DNA of 64,000 nucleotides, taken from contig NC_058369.1 of NCBI RefSeq assembly GCF_018350175.1, positions 9,984,001 to 10,048,000 on the forward strand, written 5' to 3'. Position 1 is the first letter of the stretch; every line of letters starts with the position of its first letter. Under the pieces are notes generated by a model that did not search any database, had not been told where the DNA came from, and saw only the letters and a list, made by a program, of their open reading frames with translations. Positions 47,909-58,965 of the stretch are shown here, one piece after another. This stretch comes from Felis catus. Taxonomy: Eukaryota. Made by a program: the position numbers and the translations under genes.

Positions 47909-49574
47909 GTTAGTTGGAGACAGGCGGTGGGGTGGGGGGGGGGGAGGTAGGGAGGGGTGTGCAGCCCCCTGGGGAGCCAGGGAGGGGGGAGCTGGCATCG
48001 TGTGCCCTTCCCTGCAATCCTCCCACCCATCTGCCCGTCCCTGGGCACAGGGCTTGGTTCTGACCCACTCCTTCCCCTCTCGGCTGCTCCTCCCTCTTGC
48101 CGCCTCGGTCTCCCCTGGATGCTCTCAGAGCTGCAAACCCAGATCTCTACTCTTGGCCCTTTGCTCTATCTACACCATGGTTCTCAAGGGCGGCCCTGGC
48201 CCAGGGGCGCCAGCCTGGCCAGGAACTTCTAGAAACACTCATTCTCGGGGGAGGGCCAGCACCCCATGTTTTAACTGGCTCTCCAGTGTGTGAACACCCA
48301 CTCAGTCTTCTCCCACACTGTCATCCCCAATCTGTCCCACACTTTCAATGCCATCGACCAACTGATACCTACCACGGCTCTCATTTTCGGTTTGGAATCT
48401 CTCAACAGAGCCCCAACTACTGTCTCTCCCCCCACCAAGTGAAAGCCTATCCACCAGCCCAGTTAGCTCCCTGACCCCATTTCTGCTCAGGCCTCTCCCG
48501 CCTCCAGCTATTCCCTGAGCACACCAAGCCCTGCCCCAGGGCCTTTGCGCTTGTCAGTTCCTCCACATGTATCTTAGACTGCCCACCAGTTACCCACAGG
48601 GCTGCTCCCTCTCACCTCCTTTAGGCTTTTGTTCAAATGTAACTATTTACTTCCTGTATGGTAGAGCTCCTGCACAGACACGGGACACTGGGTTGTTTTG
48701 CTCAGCCCTAGCCCCGGCTTCTGGAACAGGCCTGGCACACAGCGATGAGCATTTGTTGCATCTCAGACCCCAAACTTAGGAATCCACCTCGATTCCTCAC
48801 CCCTCCCCAGCCCTCCCCTTCATAAGCTCCATCGGCAAGTCCCTAGAACTCTGCCTCCAAAGCACCTCACCAACCTGCCCACTTGTGGCCCCCGGTGCCA
48901 CCGTCCGGGACCAAGCCGCCATCCGCCTCCACGCCTGCCCTCCACTCAGGGCAAAGGGATCCCTGAATGACGTGATCTGCCTATTAACCCTCCCCTCCGC
49001 TCTCCACTGGGGCTTGCGTTCCTCAGCAGGGCCTAGAGGCCACTGGCGATCTGGCGTCACCCTGCTCTGCAACCCGCCCCCTCCAGTTCCTAGAATGCTC
49101 TAGCTCCCGCCCCCCACTCTCTGCCTGGAACGCTCTCCCCGGTCCCCATACACCTGCTATGGCTTTTCTCGGCTCAGAGCTCAACTCCGAGGCCACGCGG
49201 GCAGAGCAACCCACCCCGACCTCCCCAAACGTTCCTGCTGCATCCTTCTGCCCTGTTTTTGACGTACAGCTTTCGACCACACCCGAAATTACCTGTTTAC
49301 GCCGGCAGGTCTGCTGTCAACCTTCCCTACTAGACCAGAAGCTCCTTGAGGGCACAGGTTCTCAAGAATTATAAAGGTCAGGGCGGCGCGCTCACGGGCA
49401 GGACGGCCCCTTCTGGGCCCCAGACTCCTCTCGCGAGATGGGCAGTAATCTCACAGCACAGCCCTCCATACCTGCGCCCTCCCTATCCCCAGCCTTCAGG
49501 AAGTCTCCCCTCTACTGCCTCACCCCACAACCCCGACCGGACAGGGCCTGCACTTTGGGTTCATTTCACAGCAT

Positions 49575-49614
49575 TTTATTTTATTTAAAAAAAATTGTTT
49601 TTTTAATCTTTATT

Positions 49615-49648
<34 letters not shown>

Positions 49649-49817
49649 CGTGTGAGTGGGGGAGGAACAGAGAGAAAGGGAGACACAGAATCCAAAGCAG
49701 GCTCCAGGCTCTGGGTTGTCAGCCCTGAGCCCGACGCGGGGCTCGAACCCACAAACTGTGAGATCCTGACCTGAGCTGAAGTTGGACACTTAACCAACAG
49801 AGCCACCCAAGCGCCCC
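49575..49817 (-). mobile_element. CAN-SINE
   Basis: (GA)n, GAGCCACCCAAGCGCCCC end. Confidence 0.92.
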
Positions 49818-50675
49818 CTCACAGTGTTCTATGTTACATTGTGGGCAGCAGGGGCTTCCTCATTACTGCCCCCCCCCCCATCTCCCAGCCATGAGCAGGC
49901 TCAGGAGAAACTCTGACCCCAATGGACACTTCCCTCCCTGGTTCTCCCTGAGGGACTTAAACTAGTTAGCGGCTGGTTAATACTGGAAAGGCTGCTGGAC
50001 GCCAGGCTCGGGGGGGGGGGGGGGGCAGCCAACCCACCTAGGTCTGGATCCAACTCTGCCATTCACGAGTGGTGCGAACCTGAGCCGGCTGTCCCCTCCC
50101 CCACCCCGCTTCCGTCTGAGGGGTTCTGGTCAGGACAACAGTCTACGCATGGGACAGGCCAGCCTGGGACCCATCAAAGGGTGCTGTCCACAGCACAGCA
50201 GTATCAGAACACAGGGGGCATGCATCTGAGCGAGGTGGCTCCCACCCCCAAGGGCTGCACGCAGGACCCAGGCGCTGGAACCCCAGGCGGGGTCCCCAGG
50301 CCTCTCCCCCATCCGCACTCCTTGGGGGACTCAACTAGCCTCCCCCAAGACTGCCACACCGGAGCGCCAGCCCTACTTCTCTCCTCACCGTCTACACCTC
50401 CCTCGGGTCTCCCAGCCTGGCCAGACCAAAACAACCCCACCCCCCAGATTAGTCCATGGTCCCACCATCCCCCCGGGTCCCTGGGCTGAAACCCAGGGAG
50501 TCGAAATCCTTGGTTCCTCTTTCCTTCGCCCTGACATCCAGTTCAGGAGTTAGGATACCCCAGCAGCTGCTCTCCGGACAGCCCTGGCCTCCCCCTAGCA
50601 GCCTCCAACCCCTCTGGCTCCCACACTCTGGGCTCCCCACCGGCAGCCAGAGGGGCCTTTAAAAAATTACGGTGT

Positions 50676-50841
50676 GGGGCGCCTGGGTGGCGCAGTCGGT
50701 TAAACGTCCGACTTCAGCCAGGTCACGATCTCGTGGTCCGTGAGTTCGAGCCCCGCGTCAGGCTCTGGGCTGATGGCTGGGAGCCTGGAGCCTGTTTCCG
50801 ATTCTGTGTCTCCCTCTCTCTCTGCCCCTCCCCTGCTCGTG

Positions 50842-50877
<36 letters not shown>

Positions 50878-51057
50878 AATAAATAAAAACAGGGGCGCCT
50901 GGGTGGCGCAGTCGGTTAAGCGTCCGACTTCAGCCAGGTCACGATCTCGCGGTCCGTGAGTTCGAGCCCCGCGTCAGGCTCTGGGCTGATGGCTGGGAGC
51001 CTGGAGCCTGTTTCCGATTCTGTGTCTCCCTCTCTCTCTGCCCCCTCCCTGCTCGTG

Positions 51058-51113
<56 letters not shown>

Positions 51114-51347
51114 AATAAATAAAAACAGGGGCGCCTGGGTGGCGCAGTCGGTTAAGCGTCTGACTTCAGCCAGGTCACGATCTCGCGGTCCGTGAGTTCG
51201 AGCCCCGCGTCGGGCTCTGGGCTGATGGCTCAGAGCCTGGAGCCTGTTTCCGATTCTGTGTCTCCCTCTCTCTCTGCCCCTCCCCCGTTCATGCTCTGTC
51301 TCTCTCTGTCCCAAAAATAAATAAAAAACGTTGAAAAAAAATTAAAA
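50676..51347 (+). mobile_element. Head-to-tail trimer of young SINEC_Fc elements within one TSD
   Basis: Units start at 50676, 50892 and 51128; TSD aaaaaattacggtgt at 50661-50675 and 51348-51362. Confidence 0.95.
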
Positions 51348-51362
51348 AAAAAATTACGGTGT

Positions 51363-51760
51363 AACAGACATGTAACATAAAATGTGTCATTTTAACCGCT
51401 TTTACGTGTATAATTCAATGGCGTTAATTACATTCTCGGTGCTGTGCCACCATCGCCACCATGGTCTATTTCCAAAACCCTGTCATCACCCCAAACAGAG
51501 ACTCTGTCCTCGTTAGGGGTCACTGCTAGCCCCCGCCCCTGGCGACGACCAATCTACCTTCTGCCTCTACGACTGACTCCTCTGGGGACCTCATCTGAGA
51601 GGAATCGCACAGGATGTATCCCCCTGTGGCTAACTTGTGTCACTCAGCATGGCGTCCCTCAGGCTCATCCACACTGTAGCCTGTGTCAGCCCCTCATCCC
51701 TCTTTGGGGCTGAATAATATTCCATTACGAGGATGGACCACATCTTGTTTGGGGACGCCT
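51363..51760 (-). mobile_element. Old L1 3' fragment
   Basis: CATTTTAACC...AATTCAATGGCGTTAATTACATTC and GGCTGAATAATATTCCATT L1M phrases. Confidence 0.7.
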
Positions 51761-51786
51761 GGGTTGTTTCCAGAGAGGGGTCTCTT

Positions 51787-51842
51787 TTTTAAAAATGTTT
51801 GTTTATTTTTGAGAGAGAGAGAAAGAGCACCAGCAGGGGAGG

Positions 51843-51878
<36 letters not shown>

Positions 51879-51978
51879 CCAAACGGGCTCTGCGCGGACA
51901 ACAGGGAGGCTGACGCAGGGCTTGAACTCACCAAACAGTGAGATCACGACTGAAGCCAAACCGACTGAGCCTCTATGA
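51787..51978 (-). mobile_element. CAN-SINE (degenerate head)
   Basis: TTTATTTTTGAGAGAG, (GA)n, GGGCTTGAACTCAC. Confidence 0.85.
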
Positions 51979-52839
51979 GTCCCAGAGAGGGGTCCTTTTC
52001 CTTTTACAGACATCTTCTCACTCTTGACAATGTCTCCCGCTCCACGATCCCTGAGACAACGCAGAATCCCACCAGGTGGCCCCGGTCTGTGTCCCTTAGA
52101 TCTCAGTTCAGATGTGCCCTCCTTGGAGAGGCAGGTGGGCCTCCAGTCCGTTCGGTCTGTGTGCACTTGGTGCCTGCACGCCCAGCCCCCCCCCCCCCCC
52201 CCCGCCATCCCGTAAGGTCCTCTGGGTGAGACAGGAAACCGCCCAGGGCAGCCGCGTTGGCAGGAGGAGTTCATGCGCGTGAGACACTCGGGGCCGTGGC
52301 TGGCACACAGTGACTGAGGAGCGTCCCCTGCAGCAGCTGTCACTACCGTCGCCACTGATCACGTCACTGTCTCAAGACCTCGCTTGTCTACTCGTGGGTT
52401 TCCTTCACACCCCCAGGAAAGTGCAAGCTCCCCAGGCCACCTCCGGCACGGAGATACACAGTAGGTCGTCACGCAGATGCTTACCCAACGAATGCCAGGG
52501 GACAGAGGTGGGGGCTTGTGACCTGGGGGCCTGGGCACCATTGCCTGAGGGCCACACAGAGCGTTCCCTTCAGGCTGCCCCCCACTCCCTGAAGGCCACT
52601 CCCCAGAAAGCCCAGGTACTCCCAGAACGGGCCCCAGCTCAGGGCTGGAGTAGGAGGAGCCAGGCACTGTGACTACTGTCCCCTGCCCTCCCTTCCTGGC
52701 CTGTGTGCCCACCCGGCCTGGGCAGCTCGGCCTGCCACCCGGCACCCACCTAAGCGGGGAGGCAAGGCCAGACGTGGGGAGGGGGGAGCCATGTCCCAGG
52801 AGGCCTGAGCCTGAACATCCCTGGGGCCTTCGGAGGGGG

Positions 52840-53730
52840 GTGTTATGAACTGCCCGCCCCCCACCAGCAAGAAAAAGGTATGTTGGAATCCTATACCCCA
52901 GCACCTCAGAATGGGACCTGACTTGGTCTTTTAAAAGGTAATCAAGTTGGGGTGCCTGGTGGCACAGCCGGTTAAGTGTCTGACTTCGGCTCAGGTCATG
53001 ATCTCATAGTCTGTGAGTTCGAGCCCCGCGTTGGGCTCTGTGCTGATGGCTCAGAGCCTGGAACCTGCTTTGGATTCTGTGTCTCCCTCTCTTTCTGCCC
53101 CTCCCCCACTCTCTCTCTCTCCTTCTCTCTCTCTCTCTCTCAAAAATAAATATAGGGGCGCCTGGGTGGCTCAGTTGGTTGAGCGGCCGACTCCGGCTCA
53201 GGTCACGATCTCGCGGTCCGTGAGTTGGAGCCCCGCGTCAGGCTCTGTGCTGACAGCTCGGAGCCTGGAGCCTGTTTCACATTCTGTGTCTCCCTCTCTC
53301 TGACCCTCCCCCGTTCATGCTCTGTCTCTCTCTGTCTCAAAAATAAATAAACGTTAAAAAATTTAAAAAAATAAATAAATATAAAAATAAATAAGTAAAT
53401 AAATAACGGGTAATCAAGTTAAAATGAGGTCGTTAGGATGAGCCTTCACCCAGCGTGGCTGGTGTCTTCATGGAAAAGGGGATATTGAGACGTAGATGCA
53501 GATGCGTGGCATACAGCAGGGGAGGACAGAGGCAGGGATCGGGATGATCGCCAAGGCGTGCCCCAGAACCCCCAGAAGCCACGGGAGAGGCACGGGACAG
53601 ACGCTCCCTCAGAGCCTCCACAAGGAACCCACCGAGCCCATACTTGGACCTTGGACGTCTGGCCTCCGGCACTTGGATAATAAGTTTCCGTGGTGAAAGC
53701 CTGCCAGTCTGGGGTACTCGGTCGGTCGGG
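52840..53730 (+). mobile_element. MLT1 LTR carrying a nested CAN-SINE dimer (52949-~53400)
   Basis: MLT1 phrase GGTAATCAAGTT|AAAATGAGG is interrupted; TSD ggtaatcaagtt at 52937-52948 and 53409-53420; second SINE starts at 53155. Confidence 0.8.
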
Positions 53731-54540
53731 GCAGCTCTGGCAGACGCACCCCCGGGGGGTCAGGACACATGGGGGCGGGTGGGGGACAGAGATGGGGGCG
53801 GGGCTGAGTCGCACAGCCTCAGAGAGCCTGGCACAAACTCTGGGATCGCCAGTCCCAGACCCTCCTGTGACGCCAGGGACAGCAGCTGACACCTCTGTGC
53901 CCCATCCCAGGCACCGTATACACACGGCGCGTTTGGTCCTTTTGAGAGCTTAGTACACGGGGAGGGCGGGTGGGGGGGGCACGCACCCGCATGGTACAGA
54001 GGGGGAAAGTGAGGTCCCGGGGCACCCCACTGCTCAAGGGACTCTGAACCCAGGCAGGCTGGCCCCCGAGGTTCGGCTGGGGAGACTGTGGTGGCCGGGA
54101 CAGCCCCCTTCTCCGGGACCCACCGCTTCTGTGTGACGGCACCCCCAGAGCTGGGCACACCCAGACGTGCTGCACCCACGGGGCCAGACGAGCCTGCACC
54201 TGCGTCTGTCCCCACCTCAAGCCTCCGCAGACTTGGGTGACCCTACTTCAATGCGTGGGACACAGGGCTTGCTGCCCTCACGCCGCAAGGTGGACCAGAC
54301 CCCGGGCATGTGTCCAACCCCCACGTCACGTGGGCAGTGCACCAGTCCCACACCTGCCTGTTTGCTCCTGAGCCCCACGTCAGGGTTGAGTCGAGGGGGA
54401 GGGGTGCGGCGGGGGTCCTGAGAGCGGGTGACACAGCCCGGGCTCTGTCCTCGGGTGCCCTGAAACGGGGCAGGGGAGGGTGACAGGAGGAGAACCGGCT
54501 GCTGGAGAAGAGGGGGCGCCTCTAGTCTGCCCTAGAGTGC

Positions 54541-54556
54541 GGTTGCCATGGCAACC
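54541..54556. promoter_or_regulatory. Perfect palindromic RFX X-box
   Basis: GGTTGCCATGGCAACC, a 16-bp perfect palindrome containing the optimal GTTGCCATGGCAAC. Confidence 0.7.
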
Positions 54557-55712
54557 CTCCCCTCGAGTAGGTGGGAGTCTGAATGCCTGGGGGGACACCA
54601 AGCAGGGAGGTGAGGAGCTCAGGGCCCCTCGTGGCCCTGCCCCTCCACAGGAATCTCCTGCCTCTCGCCCCAAACCCAGCAGCCTGAGAGCCCAGCTCCA
54701 CAGACCTGCCTCCTCCAGGAAGCCCTCAGGCCTGGCAGCGTAAAGCAGCAGCAGGCCCCCAGGGGAAGGTACAAGGGCCAGGCTCCAGGGTCTGAATCTG
54801 GTGTGGACTCAGGCTCAGCTCTTTGCCTCTGAGAGCCCATTTCCCGTCTCAACTCAGGACTAACAGCCTACCTCGCAGAGGTGGAGCGAGTACCCAGACA
54901 GCGCCGAGCACACAGCCCTCCCCTGGGCAGGACGCTGCGGGCTCAGAGAGGGCAGGGTCCTCCCAAAGCCTCCCACCCCGGCCCCGGCCCCGTATCTCAC
55001 CATCTCCCCAGAGGGCAGCCCAGGCCTCCCGGGTGCTCATCCCACACCCCTCTCCTCTTCTCACCCCACTTCCAACCCCAGCAGCTCCCGCGGCCCCTCC
55101 TGCAGAATCTGCTCTCTTCCCACTCCTCGGCCCTCACTGGTCCAGCCCCATCACCTGTCCCCTGGGCAGCCCTGCCTCGGCCTCTCAGGTCTCGGGCCAT
55201 CGCTGCCCGCAGCCTGTTCCTCCCACAGTGACCAGAGGGTGCCCGTGAGCACCTGAGTCGGGCACACTCCTCTGCTCAGAACCCTCTAGGACTCCCACCT
55301 CGCTGGGAACAAAAGCCCATGTCCTTCCCCGGGGCCCACAAGGCCCTGCACGCTCTATCCCACCCCTGCCCTCACCTCCTTCCGCTCTCCTTGCTCGCTC
55401 AGCCCCCCATTTCCTGGAGGAGAACATCAGGCGTGGTCCCACCTCAGGACCTTTGCACGGGTTGTTCCCTCTTCCCCAGACACCTGCACGGCTTCTACCT
55501 GGCCTAGAGGTCTTTGTTTCACTGCTGCCTGCTCAGGGAGGCCCCGCTGGCCCCAGTGCTCCTACCTCCTATTCCAGCTTTTCTCTCCGCAGCATCCATC
55601 ACCAGCATGCCAGCCACGCATTTGATTTATCTGCTTATTATTTTTCTCCCACTAGATGTCAGTGCCACAGGGTGGGCTTTGTCTGTCTTGTCAGTTTTAA
55701 AAGGTCACTCTG

Positions 55713-55940
55713 GGGGCACCTGGGTGGCCCAGTCGGTTGGGCGTCTGACTTCAGCTCAGGTCGTGATCTCATAGTCTGTGGGGTCGAGCCCCGCGTCGGG
55801 CTCTGTGCTGACGGCTCAGAGCCTGGAACCTGCTTCAGATTCTGTGTCTCCCTCTCTCTCTGCCCTTCCCCTGCTCATGCTCTGTCTCTCTCTGTCTCAA
55901 AAATGAATAAAAACATTTAAAAAATAACTAAATAACTAAA
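55713..55940 (+). mobile_element. CAN-SINE
   Basis: Flanked by TSD aaaaggtcactct. Confidence 0.93.
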
Positions 55941-58190
55941 TAAAAGGTCACTCTGGTTGACCAGTGGCCTGGACCACAGAGGGGTGGGGGCCATTCGAGG
56001 AAGCCCTTGACCCCAGGGCCTCCTCCCCGGTCTCCCCCATCTATCTGCCATTCCCACCCCATCCACTCTCCACCCAGCCCAAGTGATCTTTGCAAAATAA
56101 AAACCCAATCATGTCCCTCCCAGCCTATAACCCTCCATGGCTCCCTATTGTCTCAGGTGGCCTAGCATGGCATCTCAGGCTCCGGTCTCCTGCCACCTTC
56201 TCACTCCCTTCTCTGCTCCAGCCTCCCAAAGTGCTCCCCCACACCTCTCCCCTCTCCCCCTACCCCATACACACAGTACCAGGGCCCCTGCCCCTGCCCC
56301 ATTCTTCCTTCAAAAGGATGGCCTGCGTCGGTCTATAGCCCCGCTCACAGCACACTGGGCCTCCACGCTTTGCTTCCCTGACTGGACTTGGGCTCTGCTG
56401 TTGAATGTCTGTCTTTCCCACCAGCTGGGGACTCCTCAGGGAAAGTTCCATCGCGGGTCATTCTGGCTCTCTGTTGCATGCCCAGCCCTGGGCAAGAACA
56501 AGTACTTAATTTGTTTAATGAACAAAGACAAAAACAGGCCCAGAGAAGAGGTTGTCCATCCAGCGGACAGTCACCTAGTTCCCACTGGGTCACAAGTACT
56601 TTGGAGGAAAACAGGCCTGAAGGGGAGGGAGAGTGTGGGGGTGTATCTGTGGGGACAAGTGTAAGTGGGGTGCTCAGGGAACACCTCTCCTGGAAGGAGA
56701 CATTTTAACAGAAGTGTCAAGGACGTGAGCCACCCAGGGACCTGGGGAAAGATCTCGGGCAGAGAGAACCGCACGTGCAAAGGCTCGGAGGTAGGAATCT
56801 GCCGGCGTGTGGCTGCGGCCCAGCGAGCAGGCGGAGAGTGGGAAGAGGCTGAGGGCTAGGGGAGGTTACGGGACAGGGCTAGTAGGTGTGAGTCAAGGGG
56901 TAGGACACAGGCTTTTTCTCCAAGCGAGGTGGGAGCCAAGGAAGGTTCTGAGCAGAGCAGGGACATGGCCTGACTCGGAAGTTCACAGACTCCCTTCTGT
57001 TGCCAAGGGAGATTAGACTGCGGGGGGGGGGGGGGGTTGCTGAGAGCAGTGGGGGCTCCCCATCCCCACCCCCTTCTTTTCTCCCTGTCCACTCAGCCGT
57101 CAAAGCCAGGAACCTGGAGTTCACCCCGCGCTTCCTCTCCTCCACCCTCCTACCAGTCACCCGCAAAACCCTGTCAACTCTGGTCTCAAACCCTCCGCAC
57201 CAGCCCTGATGTCTCAAGGCCCCTTCCGGAGCCTGCACTTTGAGAGCCCGCAGTAGCCTCCTGTTCCTGCTGGCTTCCCGGCCTCTCTTCTTACCCTCTG
57301 TAGTTCTCTCCCACGCAGGAACCGGCAAGAACTCACGCTGAGTATTCCCATCCTGTCCGGCGGGCCTTGACCCCTCCATAGGCCTTCCCAGCCCCATGGC
57401 ACAAACTCAATCCTTCTGCCCCCAAGACCGGCCTCCAGCCTCCTCTCTACACACCTGGCCAGAAAACATCTTTCTTACCTTTTCCCCGTGGAGCCACCAC
57501 CTTCTTTCTGACCTCAGGGCGGGCCTCTCCTCACACGCTCTCTCTCCCCTCCACTGTATCCCTCCTTCCCCCTCCAGGCTGCAGCTGGGAGGCTCCCTCC
57601 CCCAGGAAGCCTTCCCTGACTGATAGACTCATCAGGTGCCTCCTCCAGGCTCCTTACCATGGGAGGCTGGTACCGTGGTGGCCTGTGGTCTCTTTCCACC
57701 TCATGGTGTTCCCTGCCCAAACCAAAGCCTTGCACTCGGGGCATGACAGAACACAGCTGAAAACGGTCAGAGGAGCCAGGGCCCAAGGCGCAGGGTGGAA
57801 GGCCGCAGGAGTCTCTGGGCCTCCAGATGCTGGCAGTGAAGGGGCAGGGGTGGGGCGGTACAGAGACCAGAGAGAGGGGGAGATGATGCCTAGCAGGGCA
57901 AGAGGGAAGAGTCCCAGGGTCCTAGGTTCAAATCCCAGCTCTGCCCACCTCAGGCTACGTGTTCTTCCTCAGAATTCTGCCTCTCCCCCACGGAAGTGGG
58001 ATGGAAGCCTCCCGCAGTGGCTACGGGGCTTAGGAGTAATATATGACGATCGCATGTATCCTCTGTAGGGCACCTCTGTACCAGGCACTCATCTAGGTGC
58101 TGGACAGACATCTGTGGAGAAGCCAGACACAAAGAGCACTAAAGGAGTCCGTCCCATGATGTACCAGTATCGCGGAGGAACAGGGGCTCT

Positions 58191-58239
<49 letters not shown>

Positions 58240-58736
58240 GTGTGTGTGGCAGAAGGCGGGGGGGAGTGGGTAGTGTGTACAACTTAGAATAGAGTGATGT
58301 AGAAAGCCCAGACACTGCAGCAAAGCCCCACAAAGGTTCAGGGAGGAGCCGTACAGGTGTCCAAGGAAAAGAGTTCCTGTCAGGGAGCACAGCCTGTGCA
58401 AAGGTCCTGGGGCTGGCCAGTGCTTGTTTGAGGACAAGTGAGGAAGCCATTGTGACCAGTGGAGGGAGCATGGGGGAGTGGGAAGAGACGAGGGCAGGGA
58501 GGCAACAGGGACAGACTGTATCAGACTTGCTGTGTACTTAAGTGCACAAGTGCGCCCCAAAGGGGGCTCTCCTCTGCTGAGGAGGGTACACCCACAGGTG
58601 CCCCGGCTTCCACCACCAAGGGCAACTGTGGGGTACTCTAGGGCAGGAGCTGACCACCGATGGCCCAGTCACTCCCTGTTTTTGCACAGCCGGTGGAGTA
58701 AGAGTGGCCTTGCCACACTTTAAACGTTGTGAAGAG

Positions 58737-58965
58737 GGGCGCCTGGGTGGCTCAGTCAGTTAAGCGTCGGACTTCGGCTCAGGTCACGATCTCACGGTTT
58801 GTCGGTTCAAGCCCCACATCGGGCTCTCTGCTATCTGGGCAGAGCCCGCTTCGGATCCTCTGTCCCCCACCCCCCCCCCCCGCTCCTCCCCCACCCACAC
58901 ATGTTCTCTCTCTCTCTCTCTCAAAAATAAACATTTAAAACAAACGTTAAAAAAAAATAAACAAA
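58737..58965 (+). mobile_element. CAN-SINE
   Basis: GGGGCGCCTGGGTGGCTCAG head, (CT)n, A-rich tail. Confidence 0.93.

Noticed and set aside
50676..51347. Repeated units with tRNA-like A/B boxes (tRNA cluster or CRISPR-like array?)
   Set aside because: These are SINE heads with (CT)n and A tails; no cloverleaf, no unique spacers, eukaryotic context.
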